DNA of 64,000 nucleotides from an uncultured delta proteobacterium. GTDB lineage: Bacteria; Myxococcota_A; Polyangia; Polyangiales; Polyangiaceae. Each line of letters opens with the position of its first letter. Position 1 is the stretch's first letter. The position numbers were made by a program, and so were the translations under genes. The stretch spans positions 192,001 to 256,000 of the forward strand of contig CAWJCS010000002.1 of NCBI GenBank assembly GCA_963841435.1. Reading direction: 5' to 3'. The notes beneath the pieces are model-generated. The model worked only from the letters and a program-made list of their open reading frames with translations. It was not told the DNA's origin and made no database searches. This document shows positions 1 to 10,133 of this stretch, in pieces.

Positions 1-1178
1 TTCGCGTGGTAGCTGCTCGAGACGTACGCGGTCGAGTCGAGGTGCATCACCGTGCTGACGTTGCCCTCGGCGTCCCCCTCGATGAGATCGCTCGGCTGGT
101 TGCCGCTCTGTTGAATCCACGACAGGCACGCGATCTTGCCATCGGGTAACACCGTGAGATCATGGTGACAATTGGAGAACGCCGCGATCTTGTCCGTGCG
201 GGTGAGCCCGTCCATCGAGACGCGGCCGACCTCGCCGCCGTTGGCGGACTGGTTCTGGACGTTCACCGCCGCCATCCACATGAACTTGCCGTCGTAGCTC
301 ATCTGCGCGCGGGTACACCCTGACGGCGCGGGTGCCCACCAGACGGGGTCGCTGTCGGCGTCGAGAATCATCGCGTAGATGCTGCCGCTGCGCGTGTTCG
401 TGATGATGAAGCCGCGGTCCTGCGCGGCGGCGCTCGGGCCGAGCGTGCGCGTGATGGGCGGCAGCGCGCTCGGCACCGCTCCCGTCGTGATCGAGTAGGG
501 CTCGCTCGCGCACGAGGTCGTCCCGTTCGAAACCTGGAGCTGGAACGAGTACGTCTTGGAGCCCTTCATGCCGAGCAGCAGCGTGCGAAAGCTCGGTCCT
601 TCGGCGGTATCGACGGGTGCCGTCTGCGTGGCCTCGCCGGGCAGGCCGAACGCGATGCTCGCGCTCGTGAGGTTCGCGAGATCGACCGACCACTCGACGA
701 TGCCGACCGTGGGAATGCCGCCCGGGCCGGCTTTGTCCGCCGTCTGGGAGCTCACGGTGAAGGTGCAGTTTCCGGGCGTCGCGCCCGCGCCGCCGCCGTC
801 GCCCCCCGCGCCGGCACCCACACCGCCGCTCGACCCGCCGTCGCCCCCCGCGCCGGCACCCGCACCAGCGGATCCGGCGGTGGCCGAGGCACCCGAGACG
901 CCCGATCCGCCCGATCCCGGCGCGGCCGCGGCACCGGACGCGCCGCCCACTGCCGCCGAGCTGCCGCTCGTCCCGCCCGCGCCGCTGCTCGCGCCACCGG
1001 ACGCGCCACCCACGCCCGTGCCCGAGCCCCCACCGGTGCCGGCTGCGGGCGCCCCGCCCGCAGAGGTGCTCGCCTGCGAGCCCCCGCCGCCGCAGGCCGT
1101 GGCTCCGACGCTGACAGCGCCGAGGGCTGCGAGCGCCGCCGAAAACAGCCGAGGGTTCCCTGCCTTGCTCCGTTTCAC
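1..1178 (-). CDS. Lipoprotein with Gly-rich linker, Ig-like domain and arylsulfotransferase (ASST)-like beta-propeller; 3' end runs off the window
   Basis: Not in the ORF track. Manual translation from GTG 1178 (RBS GAGGAG 1185-1190): MKRSKAGNPRLFSAALAALGAVSVGATAC (lipobox), long G/S/A linker, then ILDADSDPVWW, CHHDLTVLPDG and SYHA(N) at the edge, matching ASST-type HHD and HxN motifs. Confidence 0.7.
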   Translation of the reverse strand, partial: MKRSKAGNPRLFSAALAALGAVSVGATACGGGGSQASTSAGGAPAAGTGGGSGTGVGGASGGASSGAGGTSGSSAAVGGASGAAAAPGSGGSGVSGASATAGSAGAGAGAGGDGGSSGGVGAGAGGDGGGAGATPGNCTFTVSSQTADKAGPGGIPTVGIVEWSVDLANLTSASIAFGLPGEATQTAPVDTAEGPSFRTLLLGMKGSKTYSFQLQVSNGTTSCASEPYSITTGAVPSALPPITRTLGPSAAAQDRGFIITNTRSGSIYAMILDADSDPVWWAPAPSGCTRAQMSYDGKFMWMAAVNVQNQSANGGEVGRVSMDGLTRTDKIAAFSNCHHDLTVLPDGKIACLSWIQQSGNQPSDLIEGDAEGNVSTVMHLDSTAYVSSSYHA

Positions 1179-1356
1179 GCGTGTCTCCTCTGCCGCGCCA
1201 CGGGCTCGCCGGCAAGGAAGAGTCCGCGCGGCGCTCGCAAACCAGGCAACAAACTCCCGCCCGTCCGGCACGGACGTTTGCGAGGACCGGCCGATGCGAC
1301 CCCGCGAGCAGGCTGGGGGCGCGGGTCGGCGTGGGCCCTGGCCGTCGCTCGCTCGC

Positions 1357-1812
1357 TCAGCGCGAGTGCGCGATGAGCTCGGTGACCGACCTGCCCACGC
1401 CGCCCGGCAGCGCAACCTTGCGCATCGCCGCGATGCCGAGCAGCGCCGTAACGCCGCCAAAGAGCGTGACGAATAGCACGAGCGACACCGTGCTGCGCGT
1501 CCTCGACACGGAGCGGCGCGGCGGTGGCAGGCTCGGCGGTAGGCTCGGCGCGAGCGACGCTGGCGCCGAATCGTAGAACGTTTGCTCGATTCCGTTGGTG
1601 GACGGGCGCGATGACTCGGGTCGGCGTTCCGACGGTCTCGCGACGACGCCGCTCGTCTCCGCCGGGGCGGCGACGCCGGAAAAGCTCCGCAGGCTCTCGG
1701 CTGCCGGCACGACGGGCGTGGGACGGGAGCAGAAGGAGCTTGCCTCGTTCGGTGGGAAGCGCGAGTCCGCGCTCGCTGGCCCCGACAGGGCCCGATGCTG
1801 GGTGTTCGTCAC
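1357..1812 (-). CDS. Hypothetical Pro/Ser-rich protein with one C-terminal TM helix
   Basis: 151-aa ORF with hydrophobic stretch VSLVLFVTLFGGVTALLGIAAM followed by RK. Confidence 0.55.
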   Translation of the reverse strand: MTNTQHRALSGPASADSRFPPNEASSFCSRPTPVVPAAESLRSFSGVAAPAETSGVVARPSERRPESSRPSTNGIEQTFYDSAPASLAPSLPPSLPPPRRSVSRTRSTVSLVLFVTLFGGVTALLGIAAMRKVALPGGVGRSVTELIAHSR

Positions 1813-2218
1813 GTCATAAGAGCTTTCGCTAGGGGGACCGTTTGCGCCCGCTTGGTGGGTGGGTCGCAGTGCCGCGGCTTATCAGGCGCTCCGCTCTGGC
1901 GACCGTCGCGTACAGCGGCGCACCTTGTGCGCACGGGGCGTCAGTGCTCGTTGTGCTCGCGGTCAGGCTCGTGAACTTGGTCGTGGAAGAGCCAAGTTTC
2001 GGCAGCGCTGGCTCGCGCCGGCACGTGCGCGTCGAAGCTCTTCGCTCGACTCCGAGAGCCCACGGCTCGCTCGTTTCGACCACCCATCGGCGCCGTTGGC
2101 GTGCTCGACCGTTTCGGTCGAAACATCCGAAGTGATAAGCACGTCACGTGCGGCGCTCCGCTCGGTGCTCGGCGCGTGACCTCGTGGCTGCTCGGTGAGA
2201 TAGTCGAGACCTTCGCGG

Positions 2219-3250
2219 ATGCCTCCAAAGATCCTGCTCGGTGCGTTCGCTGCGATGAGCTGCAGCATCTACGACTCGTCGCTGCTCGACGATTTACCAG
2301 CGGGAGCGAACCACGGCGGTGGCGCGGGCGACACGAGCCGGGCCGGCACGGCGGGCGAAGGTGGCGTGCCGGACGGGGAAGGGGGCACTCCTGAAGCCGG
2401 TGCCGGAGGCGCAGGCCGGGGAGGGACCGGACCCGGTGAGGGTGGGGAAGGCGGCGCGCTCGGTGACGAGGCCGGTGCCGCGGGCGAAGCGGCGACGGGT
2501 GGTGCTTCCGGGAGCGGGTCCGGAACCGCGGGAATCGGCGGCGCAACGGGCGGCGGCGCTGGCGTTGGCGGCGCTTCAGGCGCCTCGGGGAACGCTGGTA
2601 CGGGCGGCGCGGGAGCGGGCGGTGCGGGAGCGGGCGGTGCGGGAGCGGGCGGTGCGGGAGCGGGCGGTGCGGGAGCGGGCGGCGCGGGAGCGGGCGGCAC
2701 GGCTGGTGGCGAGCCGTGTCCGACCGGTGGCACGGGCTGCGCGAGGCTCTCGGTGCCGCTTTCGACAGCCGGCGACCGCACGCTCTTCAGCATCGCTCTC
2801 GGTGCCGCGACGGACTTCTCGAACGCCGTCATCAGCTACCGCGTGTACAAGGCCGCGGGCACGGGTGGGCGCATCTGGGCGTACGTGCAGCACGGCGGCA
2901 ACCCCGACTACAACCTGATCTACGGCGGCGCGCGAAACTTCGATGCCTTCGGCGGCTGGCAAACCCTGACCTGGGACGTAGCGACGAGCATGCCGGGCTT
3001 CACGTTCGACAAGTCGATCATCTACCGTCTCGGTATCGAGATCGTCGCGAGCGGCTCGGGGCCCTGGACGGACCCAACCGTCGTCTACATCGATTCGATC
3101 TCCGTCACGTCGGGACCGAGCGTCGGCCCCTGGCCTTTCGACGACGCCACGTCGGTGTCGTCGGCGGGCACGGCCCCGTCCAACGTGCTCCTGCTGTCCG
3201 GTAACGCGAGCGAGCTCGTCCCGGGCTCCACGCTCGACTGGGCACCCTGA
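2219..3250 (+). CDS. Lipoprotein with Gly-rich linker and C-terminal CBM-like beta-sandwich
   Basis: Signal MPPKILLGAFAAMSCS, (GAGGA)n linker, then DFSNAVISYRVY, GGWQTLTWDV, RLGIEI and VVYIDSISV, a galactose-binding-like fold pattern. Confidence 0.75.
   Translation: MPPKILLGAFAAMSCSIYDSSLLDDLPAGANHGGGAGDTSRAGTAGEGGVPDGEGGTPEAGAGGAGRGGTGPGEGGEGGALGDEAGAAGEAATGGASGSGSGTAGIGGATGGGAGVGGASGASGNAGTGGAGAGGAGAGGAGAGGAGAGGAGAGGAGAGGTAGGEPCPTGGTGCARLSVPLSTAGDRTLFSIALGAATDFSNAVISYRVYKAAGTGGRIWAYVQHGGNPDYNLIYGGARNFDAFGGWQTLTWDVATSMPGFTFDKSIIYRLGIEIVASGSGPWTDPTVVYIDSISVTSGPSVGPWPFDDATSVSSAGTAPSNVLLLSGNASELVPGSTLDWAP
2608..2698 (+). repeat. 15-bp tandem repeat GCGGGAGCGGGCGGY, about 6 copies, encoding (AGAGG)n
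   Basis: Directly visible in the sequence. Confidence 0.9.
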
Positions 3251-3319
3251 GCCCGTCCGCAACGGCCGAGCAATCGGCAATTGACGGAATCGGCGCGCTC
3301 GGCGAAACGTGGGAAGGCG

Positions 3320-6296
3320 ATGTCGGAAGGTCATCCCGATCCGGCGCCTTCCGAGCAAGCCTGCTGCCTGCTCGGGACGGGCGGGTTGCCGGCCCCGTCG
3401 TCGTTCATGTCGAGCCGGTGGTCGTTCGACAACGTCGTCACGTGCCACCCCGAGCACCTCTACGGGGGCGAAGTGCTCGAGGTGATCGACCCCGACGCGC
3501 TCGAGCACCTCGTTGCCGAAGCGCTGGAGGGTCTCGGCGCGGCGCGTGTCGGTGCGGCGCGAATGGGTGTGCTCACCTGGGACATAGCGCTCGAGACGGA
3601 ACGGGGCCCCCTCACGCTTCAACTCCCGAGGGTGCTCGACGAGCCGGGCGGGCGGGGTCGAGCCAAGCGTGACGTTCCCGGGCAATGCTTCCAGAACGCA
3701 CGGCATTTCCGTGCCGAGCGCCTCGCGCGCTTCGTCGTCGAGCCGAGGGAGCTTTCGACGCTCGGGGGCCGTGTGCCCGCGGCGCTCTTCGGCGCCCTGC
3801 CCGAGCACCGGCGCATCACCATCGCTCGTGGAGCTTTGCGCGTCGAGCTCACCGAGGGGAAGCTGCTCTGGCAGATCGGCCTCGGTACGGGCGCGACGGC
3901 GGAGCTCCTCGCCGAAATGGTGGCCGCTCTCGTCTACCACTACGATCCCGACGAGGGCGGCGGCACGGCGCTCACCGACGTTCTCGTCAACGACGGTGAC
4001 TTCGTGGTGCGTCGTCGCCGCGACGGCTCGTTCGACGTTCGGCTGACGGCCGCTCGCCGCCGCGAGCAGGGGATTGGGTGGAGCCTGCTCCTGCTCCATC
4101 TGGTCCAAATGATGGCGTTCGAGGACTTTCAGGTCGACGACTCGCTCACCGGGCTTCCCCTGCTCGCGTCGAACCCCTCGGTGGCGTTCGCGGGCGTCGT
4201 GCGTGGTCTTCGCTACCGTCAGCGTGACCTCGGTCTCCCCGAGGGTGACGCCGAGGAGCGCGCGCACCGCGTCATCGACGCCTTCGGGCGCTCCCCGGAG
4301 GGTCGCGCGTACCGGCCATTCTGCGAACGCTTTCTCGAGGGTCGCTTGCCGCCTTCGTTCGGCGGTGACGTGCGCGAGCACTGGTGGCGTCTGGTTCCCC
4401 TCGAGACGCGGCAGCGCGTGCTCGAGCTTGCCGGCCGCAGCGACGCGCGCGCGGCGACCTCGGCGCGCACCGTGCGCACGTTTCTCGACCGGCTGTCGCG
4501 CGAGATTGGTCGTGGCCCCGACGAAGACCCCGCGCTCGTGAGGCTGAACGACCTCGGTCGCAACGAGCTCGTCGGGCTGCTCGGGGAGGTGGGCGTCGAA
4601 GCGGGAGCGCGGCCGGGCGTCGCTGACGAGATCTTCCAGCACTGGCCGTACCGCAGTTTTGATCACCTGCTGGCCCGAGCACCCGGCGCGCGCCCGCTCA
4701 GGCGGCAGAAGAGCCGTCTTTGCTTCGGCGAGGTCGTGACGGAAGCCGAGCAAAGCGTGCTGAAGAGCTCGCCGCCGGCGGCGAAACACGTGGGCGTGCC
4801 GCGCCGCTTTGCCAACGCCGAGATCTTCGGCGATCTGGCGTTCGCGGCGCCGCTGCAGGCGCACGCCGTCCAGAGCTTCGCGAGCTTCGACGCGTACATG
4901 GAGGCGGCGCTCCACGATTCGCGGTGGGGCTACTACGCCCACGGCGTGCGCATCGGCAGCACGGGGCACTTCCACACCCATCCCGAGGAGTTTACGCCCC
5001 GCTATGGCGGCTACGTCGCCAACATGGCGTTCAAGGCATACGTCAACATGGTCGTAAGGGGTGAGCTCGCCGAGACGGATGCGTTTTTCGTGATCGAGTT
5101 CGGCGCGGGCAACGGCCGACTTGCACGCGACTTTCTCGACGCCGTGGCGCGCGCCGCCGAAGGCTCGCGGGGTGCCGACCGGGAGCGCTTTCGCGCGTTT
5201 GCCGCCCGCGTCGAGTACCGAATCTACGAGCGCTCGGCATCGCTGCGCGAGAACCAGCGCGCCCTCTTGGGCGGCGACGCGCTCGTCGCGGAGGGTGACG
5301 CGCGGCACCCCGCAGAGACCCTGAAACGCGACTTCCCGGACGGCCTGCGAGGCTTCGTCGTCACCAACGAGGTACCCGACGCGTTCGGCGTGCACAAGCT
5401 GGCGCTGACCGCGGAAGGGCGCGCATTCGCGGCGCTCGTCGTGCCTCGCGTCGAACCTTCGGCGCGGGCCGCACTCGGCGAATCGCTTTGGGCGCGCGTC
5501 GTCGAGACGGATCGCTCCCTGCGCGCCCAATTCGCGCTTCGAGGGCACGCCGGCGACGCGTATCTCGATCGGGAAGGCCACGCGGCGGTCATGGCGGCGC
5601 TCATGGGGCTGCCCGAGCGAGAGCGCGAGCCTCTACGTGGCGCGCTGTGGTTCGAGGAAGCGTACGTGCCCGTGTCGGTCCTGCCCGAGCTTGCCGCGCA
5701 CCTCGCCGACAACGCCGAGCAGTACTCGATCGCGCTCGCCGCCGACGATTCGGGGGTCGTCGCCTACGTGAACCTCCACGCCGACCGCTACGTTGCCGAG
5801 CTCGGTCGAACGCTGCGCGCGGGGTTCGTCGTGACCATCGACTACGGTGATACCACCTTCGGCCTCGTCCAGGGCGCGAGGCGCGGCGACTTCCCTTTCC
5901 GTGTCTACCGCGATTCACCCGAAGGTGCGCCGCGGCCGAACGATCCGTACTCGGCCCCGGGCGCGCAAGATCTCACGGCCGACGTGAACTTCACGTCGCT
6001 AGCCCGCGCGGGCGAAAAGGCGGGATTGTCGTTGGTCCACTTCGGTCCGGAGCGAGAACGTCTGCCAGGACGACCTCGAGGGCGTGCTCCGCGAGTCCCC
6101 AACGCGACCAGAGCTCGTGAAGCTCATCGGCAACCCCGTGTTCAAGCTGCTCGTGCTCGGCACGCATGCGAGCGACCTCTTCGCCGCTCCGCTGACGACA
6201 CCCCTCCCGCTCCTCGCTCGCGAGCAAGACGTGCCGAAGGCGCGGCGGGGGCGGATCGCGGCGATCCGCGCTGCCCTGTCGGGCTACGTTCACTAG
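3320..6296 (+). CDS. Multidomain protein: unknown (possibly kinase-like) N-terminus, HhH-like segment, MidA/NDUFAF7-family SAM-dependent methyltransferase; +1 frameshift near 6057
   Basis: SFDAYMEAALHDSRWGYY, GHFHTHPE, VIEFGAGNGRLA, VTNEVPDAFGVH, VTIDYG and PGAQDLTADVNF are MidA motifs. Removing one A at 6057/6058 joins the 6084..6296 frame (FKLLVLG). Start could be 3281, 3320 or 3407. Confidence 0.8.
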
Positions 6297-6368
6297 GCCT
6301 GGAACGCGAGGACGAAGCCGAGCCCCACGGTGTCAGCGGGCTTTTCGAACAGTAACGCCGCGCCCTCG

Positions 6369-7472
6369 CTAGCGGCGCGCCTTTTCTTCCCCACGCGACC
6401 GCGAGCCGTTGCAAGAGCTCGGGCCCCGGGCGAAGCCGTCTGCGGGTGCCGTCTTGATCCGGCGCTCCATACTCTCGTCGTAGCGGCCGGTCTCGGCAAT
6501 GCGATCCTTCGGATGGTTCTTGTTCCAGAGCTTCTGGAACGCGAGCACGTCCGTCGCGGTGGTCGGCGGGTTCTTGCCCTTGTAGTCGAAGTGCACGCGG
6601 TCGCTCGAGCCGAGCCAGCGAAATTTCTCGGCCTCGAGCGCAGGGCGCCACGCCGCCGCGTTCGCGACGTCGAGCGCCAGGCCTAGCTCGTGGTTGCTGT
6701 CGCCCGGGAGCGTCGCGAGCTGCACGCCGCAGCGCTTGTTCGCCGACCAGCGCCACACCATGTACTGCTGCACGACGGTGCGCAGAGCACTGTTGACCGT
6801 CAGCGTCGCTTTCGGGTGCGCGGCGAGCGCGCGCAGGAGGTGGTCGCGCGCCCCGGCCTCGAGATACGGAAAGACGTGGGATTTGAGCTGCAAATTCGGA
6901 CGCTTCGGCAGCTCCACGAACCCACGTGGATTCAGGCAGCGAGCCTGTTCGATGATCTGACGACTCAGTCCCTCGACGCTGCCCGTCGTGCAGCTCCCGG
7001 CCACGGCTTGCTCCACCGTCGCGAAGTGCTTGGGCGGCGTTTCCCTGCGAGGGCCGCGCTCGTCCTCGCCCTCCTCGTCGAAGACGGGCGGCTCGCCCGC
7101 GTCGAGCTTCAGCGGCTCGACCGGCTGCGGCACGATTGCGGCGGCCGTCGCGGACGCGGTCAGGCTCGGCTCGGGTGCGGCGCTCGGTGCGCTCGAGGCG
7201 ACAGCCGCGGCCGAAGCGGACCCCGCGGGGCTCGACTGTCCCCGGGCGCGCAGGATGAAAGCCACGTCAATCGCGATCACCGCGCACGGAATGACGCACG
7301 CGATGGCGAGCCACAACGAACGCCGCGCGAGCCATGGCCCCTCGAGCACGCGCGACAGGGCGGCGAGGAGCTCCCGCCGCCGCGCGCGAGCCCAGCGACC
7401 GCGCGCCCCGACCTCGGGCGGCGCCGGGGAACGGGGTGGCGCCGGGCGATCGGGCGCGGGGTCGTCGGGCAT
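6369..7472 (-). CDS. Membrane-anchored M15 (VanY-like) zinc peptidase with C-terminal peptidoglycan-binding-like segment
   Basis: N-terminal TM helix; NSALRTVVQQ, PGDSNHELGLALDV (SxHxxGxAxD) and DRVHFDY; tail VLAFQKLWN...IAETGRY. Confidence 0.85.
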   Translation of the reverse strand: MPDDPAPDRPAPPRSPAPPEVGARGRWARARRRELLAALSRVLEGPWLARRSLWLAIACVIPCAVIAIDVAFILRARGQSSPAGSASAAAVASSAPSAAPEPSLTASATAAAIVPQPVEPLKLDAGEPPVFDEEGEDERGPRRETPPKHFATVEQAVAGSCTTGSVEGLSRQIIEQARCLNPRGFVELPKRPNLQLKSHVFPYLEAGARDHLLRALAAHPKATLTVNSALRTVVQQYMVWRWSANKRCGVQLATLPGDSNHELGLALDVANAAAWRPALEAEKFRWLGSSDRVHFDYKGKNPPTTATDVLAFQKLWNKNHPKDRIAETGRYDESMERRIKTAPADGFARGPSSCNGSRSRGEEKARR

Positions 7473-7588
7473 GGGGCTCCGCGGCTACCGCGATCGCGAG
7501 CGACCGGCAAACATCCGCCCATCGCAGGCGGCGCAAGCCCGAGGAGTGAGCGTGCCGGCGCGGCGCTCGATCGGACCGCCACGCGAGC

Positions 7589-8917
7589 TCAGGGGCAGGT
7601 CGAGGGCTCGGTGAGCTGCGAGCGGATTTGCGAAATCGTCGAGGCCCAGCTCGAATTGGGATTGTACTGGGCGAGGCCGACTACGCCGTCCGCGATGCGC
7701 GCGTTGATGTTGGCCACAACGTCCCACGCGGCGTCGTGGCCCGCGCTCTGGCCCGCGACGCCGTAGCCCGTGTCGGCGAGGATGGGCTTGCCCGTGACGC
7801 GGTGGACGCCGGCCCAGGTCATCTGGTTGCTCGAGCGGATGCGCGCGTTGCCGGCGTCCGTGCCACCCCCCGAAGTGTTGACGAACGTGAAAGCGTCGAG
7901 GTCGAAGTGCGAGTACCAGTCGGCACCGTCGTTCGGGATCCACGGCGAGATGTCGAGCGAGAAGCTCGCGTTGGGAAGCTCCGCGCGCAGCGTCGCGACG
8001 AGGCGACCCATGATGTCGCCTGCCTCGTCGGGGCTGAGGGCGTTCGCGTCGCCACCAGCATTGTACTGGTAGTAGTCGGGCTCCATCATGAAAAGGATCG
8101 GCCGCGTGGTGCCATAGCAGCCGGCGAAGCCCCGAGCGTACATGGCGTACTCGGGGATGATGCGGTCTTCGAGGTGGTTTCGGATGTAGGTTGCACCGTG
8201 CTGGCAGAGGTTCGTGTTGCCGCTCACGTTGCAGTCCTGCAGGCCCTCGTCGCGCCGCGCCGTGAACGCGATGACGTAAGAGACGATCGCCGGCACGCGC
8301 CCCTCGAACGTGGCGCCGGGCGCGGTGTCGTCACAAACGTACTTCATGTCGAAGTTGTCGGACTGTCCCATCCAGCCGGGCGTGAAGTAATCGAGCTCGG
8401 CGCGCAGCGCGGCGTTGTTCCGCGCCTTCGAATCGATGGTGCCGAAATGAAAGCGGCAGCTGTCGAACACGGCAGGAGCGTCGCCCGCGGTCCCCGCGCT
8501 TCCCGCGCTTCCCGCGCTTCCCGCGCTTCCCGCGCTTCCCGACGATCCGGCAACACCGGCACCGCTGCTTTTTCCGGCGCCCAACGTCCCCGCGGCGCCA
8601 CCTGAGCCCTGCCCGCCCTTGCCGCCGCCCGCGTTTCCAGCGCCGCCGCCCGCGCCGCCGCCGCCAGCTTTCCCACCGGCGCCGGATCCGCCACCACCGG
8701 TGCCGGAGGTGGCCGCGCTCGCGCCGCCCGTGCCCGCATTCCCCGCGCCACCGTTGACGGACGCCCCCGCGCCGCCGCCCGCGCCAGCCGCCGCCTGTCC
8801 CGCGCCGCCGCCTCCAGCGAAAGGCGTGTCAGTGGCGGTGGGGGTCTCGGGCGAGCTGCAGGAAAGCAGGGCCGCAGCCAGCGAGGCAGTTGAGAGTCGG
8901 GGGCAGAGGGACGTCAA
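7589..8917 (-). CDS. Lipoprotein with Gly-rich linker and putative glycoside-hydrolase-like barrel (remote GH6-like)
   Basis: TTG start with GGGAG RBS, lipobox LLSC, long G/A/S linker, globular domain with [18 protein letters not shown] and SLDISPW. Confidence 0.65.
   Translation of the reverse strand: MTSLCPRLSTASLAAALLSCSSPETPTATDTPFAGGGGAGQAAAGAGGGAGASVNGGAGNAGTGGASAATSGTGGGGSGAGGKAGGGGAGGGAGNAGGGKGGQGSGGAAGTLGAGKSSGAGVAGSSGSAGSAGSAGSAGSAGTAGDAPAVFDSCRFHFGTIDSKARNNAALRAELDYFTPGWMGQSDNFDMKYVCDDTAPGATFEGRVPAIVSYVIAFTARRDEGLQDCNVSGNTNLCQHGATYIRNHLEDRIIPEYAMYARGFAGCYGTTRPILFMMEPDYYQYNAGGDANALSPDEAGDIMGRLVATLRAELPNASFSLDISPWIPNDGADWYSHFDLDAFTFVNTSGGGTDAGNARIRSSNQMTWAGVHRVTGKPILADTGYGVAGQSAGHDAAWDVVANINARIADGVVGLAQYNPNSSWASTISQIRSQLTEPSTCP
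8493..8537 (-). repeat. 9-bp tandem repeat, 5 copies (CCCGCGCTT on +), encoding (GSA)n
   Basis: Directly visible in the sequence. Confidence 0.9.
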
Positions 8918-9018
8918 GCGTGTGCTCCCAAGGTAGCGGAGGCGGGTGCCCCACGGTCACGAATCGCGATCTCTTGGAAAATTCCGCAACTCGAACCTCG
9001 CGGTAATCTAGAGATTGA

Positions 9019-9171
9019 ATGGGCCGAGCCTTCGCTTTTGCTGGGTGTCTGCTCGTGGCGCCGGTGCTCGCCGGCTGCGGAGACAAGGACTGCAAGGAGA
9101 TCTGCGAGCAGAAGGTCGACGACTGCCGCGGCATCATGGCATGCGGCTTTTCCCTCCGCTGCGGACCGTAG
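9019..9171 (+). CDS. Small (50 aa) Cys-rich lipoprotein
   Basis: Manual translation: [50 protein letters not shown]. Canonical LAGC lipobox; stop lies 13 bp before the kduI ATG. Confidence 0.6.
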   Translation: MGRAFAFAGCLLVAPVLAGCGDKDCKEICEQKVDDCRGIMACGFSLRCGP

Positions 9172-9184
9172 TAAACGAGCTCGC

Positions 9185-10015
9185 ATGTACAAGCGCACCC
9201 TCCAGGCAACGCATCCCGACATGATGCGTGGCGCGGACGCCGCGACGCTTGCCGAGCGCTACATGGTCTCGGAGCTTTTCACGGCGGACTCGGTCGGGCT
9301 GACCTACGCCCACGTCGAGCGCTTCGTGATCGGCGGTATCATGCCGGTCCGGCAGACGCTCGGCTTGCCGCGCCAGCGCGGCGACGTGCCGTTTCTCGTG
9401 CGGCGCGAGCTCGGCGTCGTCAACGTCGGCGGCCCCGGTCGCGTTCGCGTCAACGGAGCAACCTTCGAGCTTGCCCCGCGCGACGGGCTCTACGTGCCGA
9501 TGGGCTCGGCCGACGTGACCTTCGAGTCGGCGTCGCCCGATGACCCCGCCAAGCTCTACCTCGTGAGCACTCCCGCCCACGCCCGCTTCGAGACCGTCAA
9601 GATCTCGATCGACAAGGCCGTCCCCCTCGAGCGCGGCTCGCTCGAAACCTCGAACGAGCGCACCATCTACCAGTACATCGTCCCCGAAACGTGCAAGTCC
9701 GCGCAGCTCTTGCTCGGACTCACGCTGCTCAAGCCCGGCAGCGTTTGGAACACCATGCCGCCGCACCTTCACGACCGCCGCTCCGAGGTTTACTTCTACT
9801 TCGGCCTCGGCAAGGAAGACCGCGTGTTTCACTTCATGGGCGAGCCCGACGCCATCCGGCACCTAGTGCTCGAGAACGATCAGGCCGTCATCTCGCCACC
9901 GTGGTCGATCCACATGGGTGCCGGCACCAAAAATTACGGCTTCATCTGGGCGATGGGCGGCGAAAACCAGGACTACACGGACATGAACGTCCTGGATCTC
10001 TGCCAGCTGCGCTAA
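9185..10015 (+). CDS. kduI: 5-dehydro-4-deoxy-D-glucuronate isomerase
   Basis: [54 protein letters not shown] and [16 protein letters not shown] 9185 gives the typical ~276 aa. Confidence 0.95.
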   Translation: MYKRTLQATHPDMMRGADAATLAERYMVSELFTADSVGLTYAHVERFVIGGIMPVRQTLGLPRQRGDVPFLVRRELGVVNVGGPGRVRVNGATFELAPRDGLYVPMGSADVTFESASPDDPAKLYLVSTPAHARFETVKISIDKAVPLERGSLETSNERTIYQYIVPETCKSAQLLLGLTLLKPGSVWNTMPPHLHDRRSEVYFYFGLGKEDRVFHFMGEPDAIRHLVLENDQAVISPPWSIHMGAGTKNYGFIWAMGGENQDYTDMNVLDLCQLR

Positions 10016-10133
10016 GCCCACGGGGTGTCTCAGAAGTAGCTCCGCCCGTTGAGGCTGAGCCGCAGCATGACCACGTGGGCCGTCGGCTGGACGAGCGCCG
10101 GGTGATCTCCGGTGACGTGCTAGCCTGAGCGTC

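Noticed and set aside
556-1476. Many Pro-rich (PPAPAPP) ORFs across the window
   Set aside because: They are the reverse complements of the Gly-rich linkers.
1820-2218. Short inverted repeats (AACTTGG...CCAAGTT; TCGACCG...CGGTCGA) and small ORFs in the intergenic region
   Set aside because: Stems are short enough to arise by chance and the ORFs lack motifs.
2576-5581. 1001-aa minus-strand ORF and similar long ORFs (18608..20704, 33582..35696, 40570..42240, 45335..46975)
   Set aside because: Antisense or off-frame shadows of real genes; high GC makes stops rare, and they have no motifs and Arg/Pro-rich composition.
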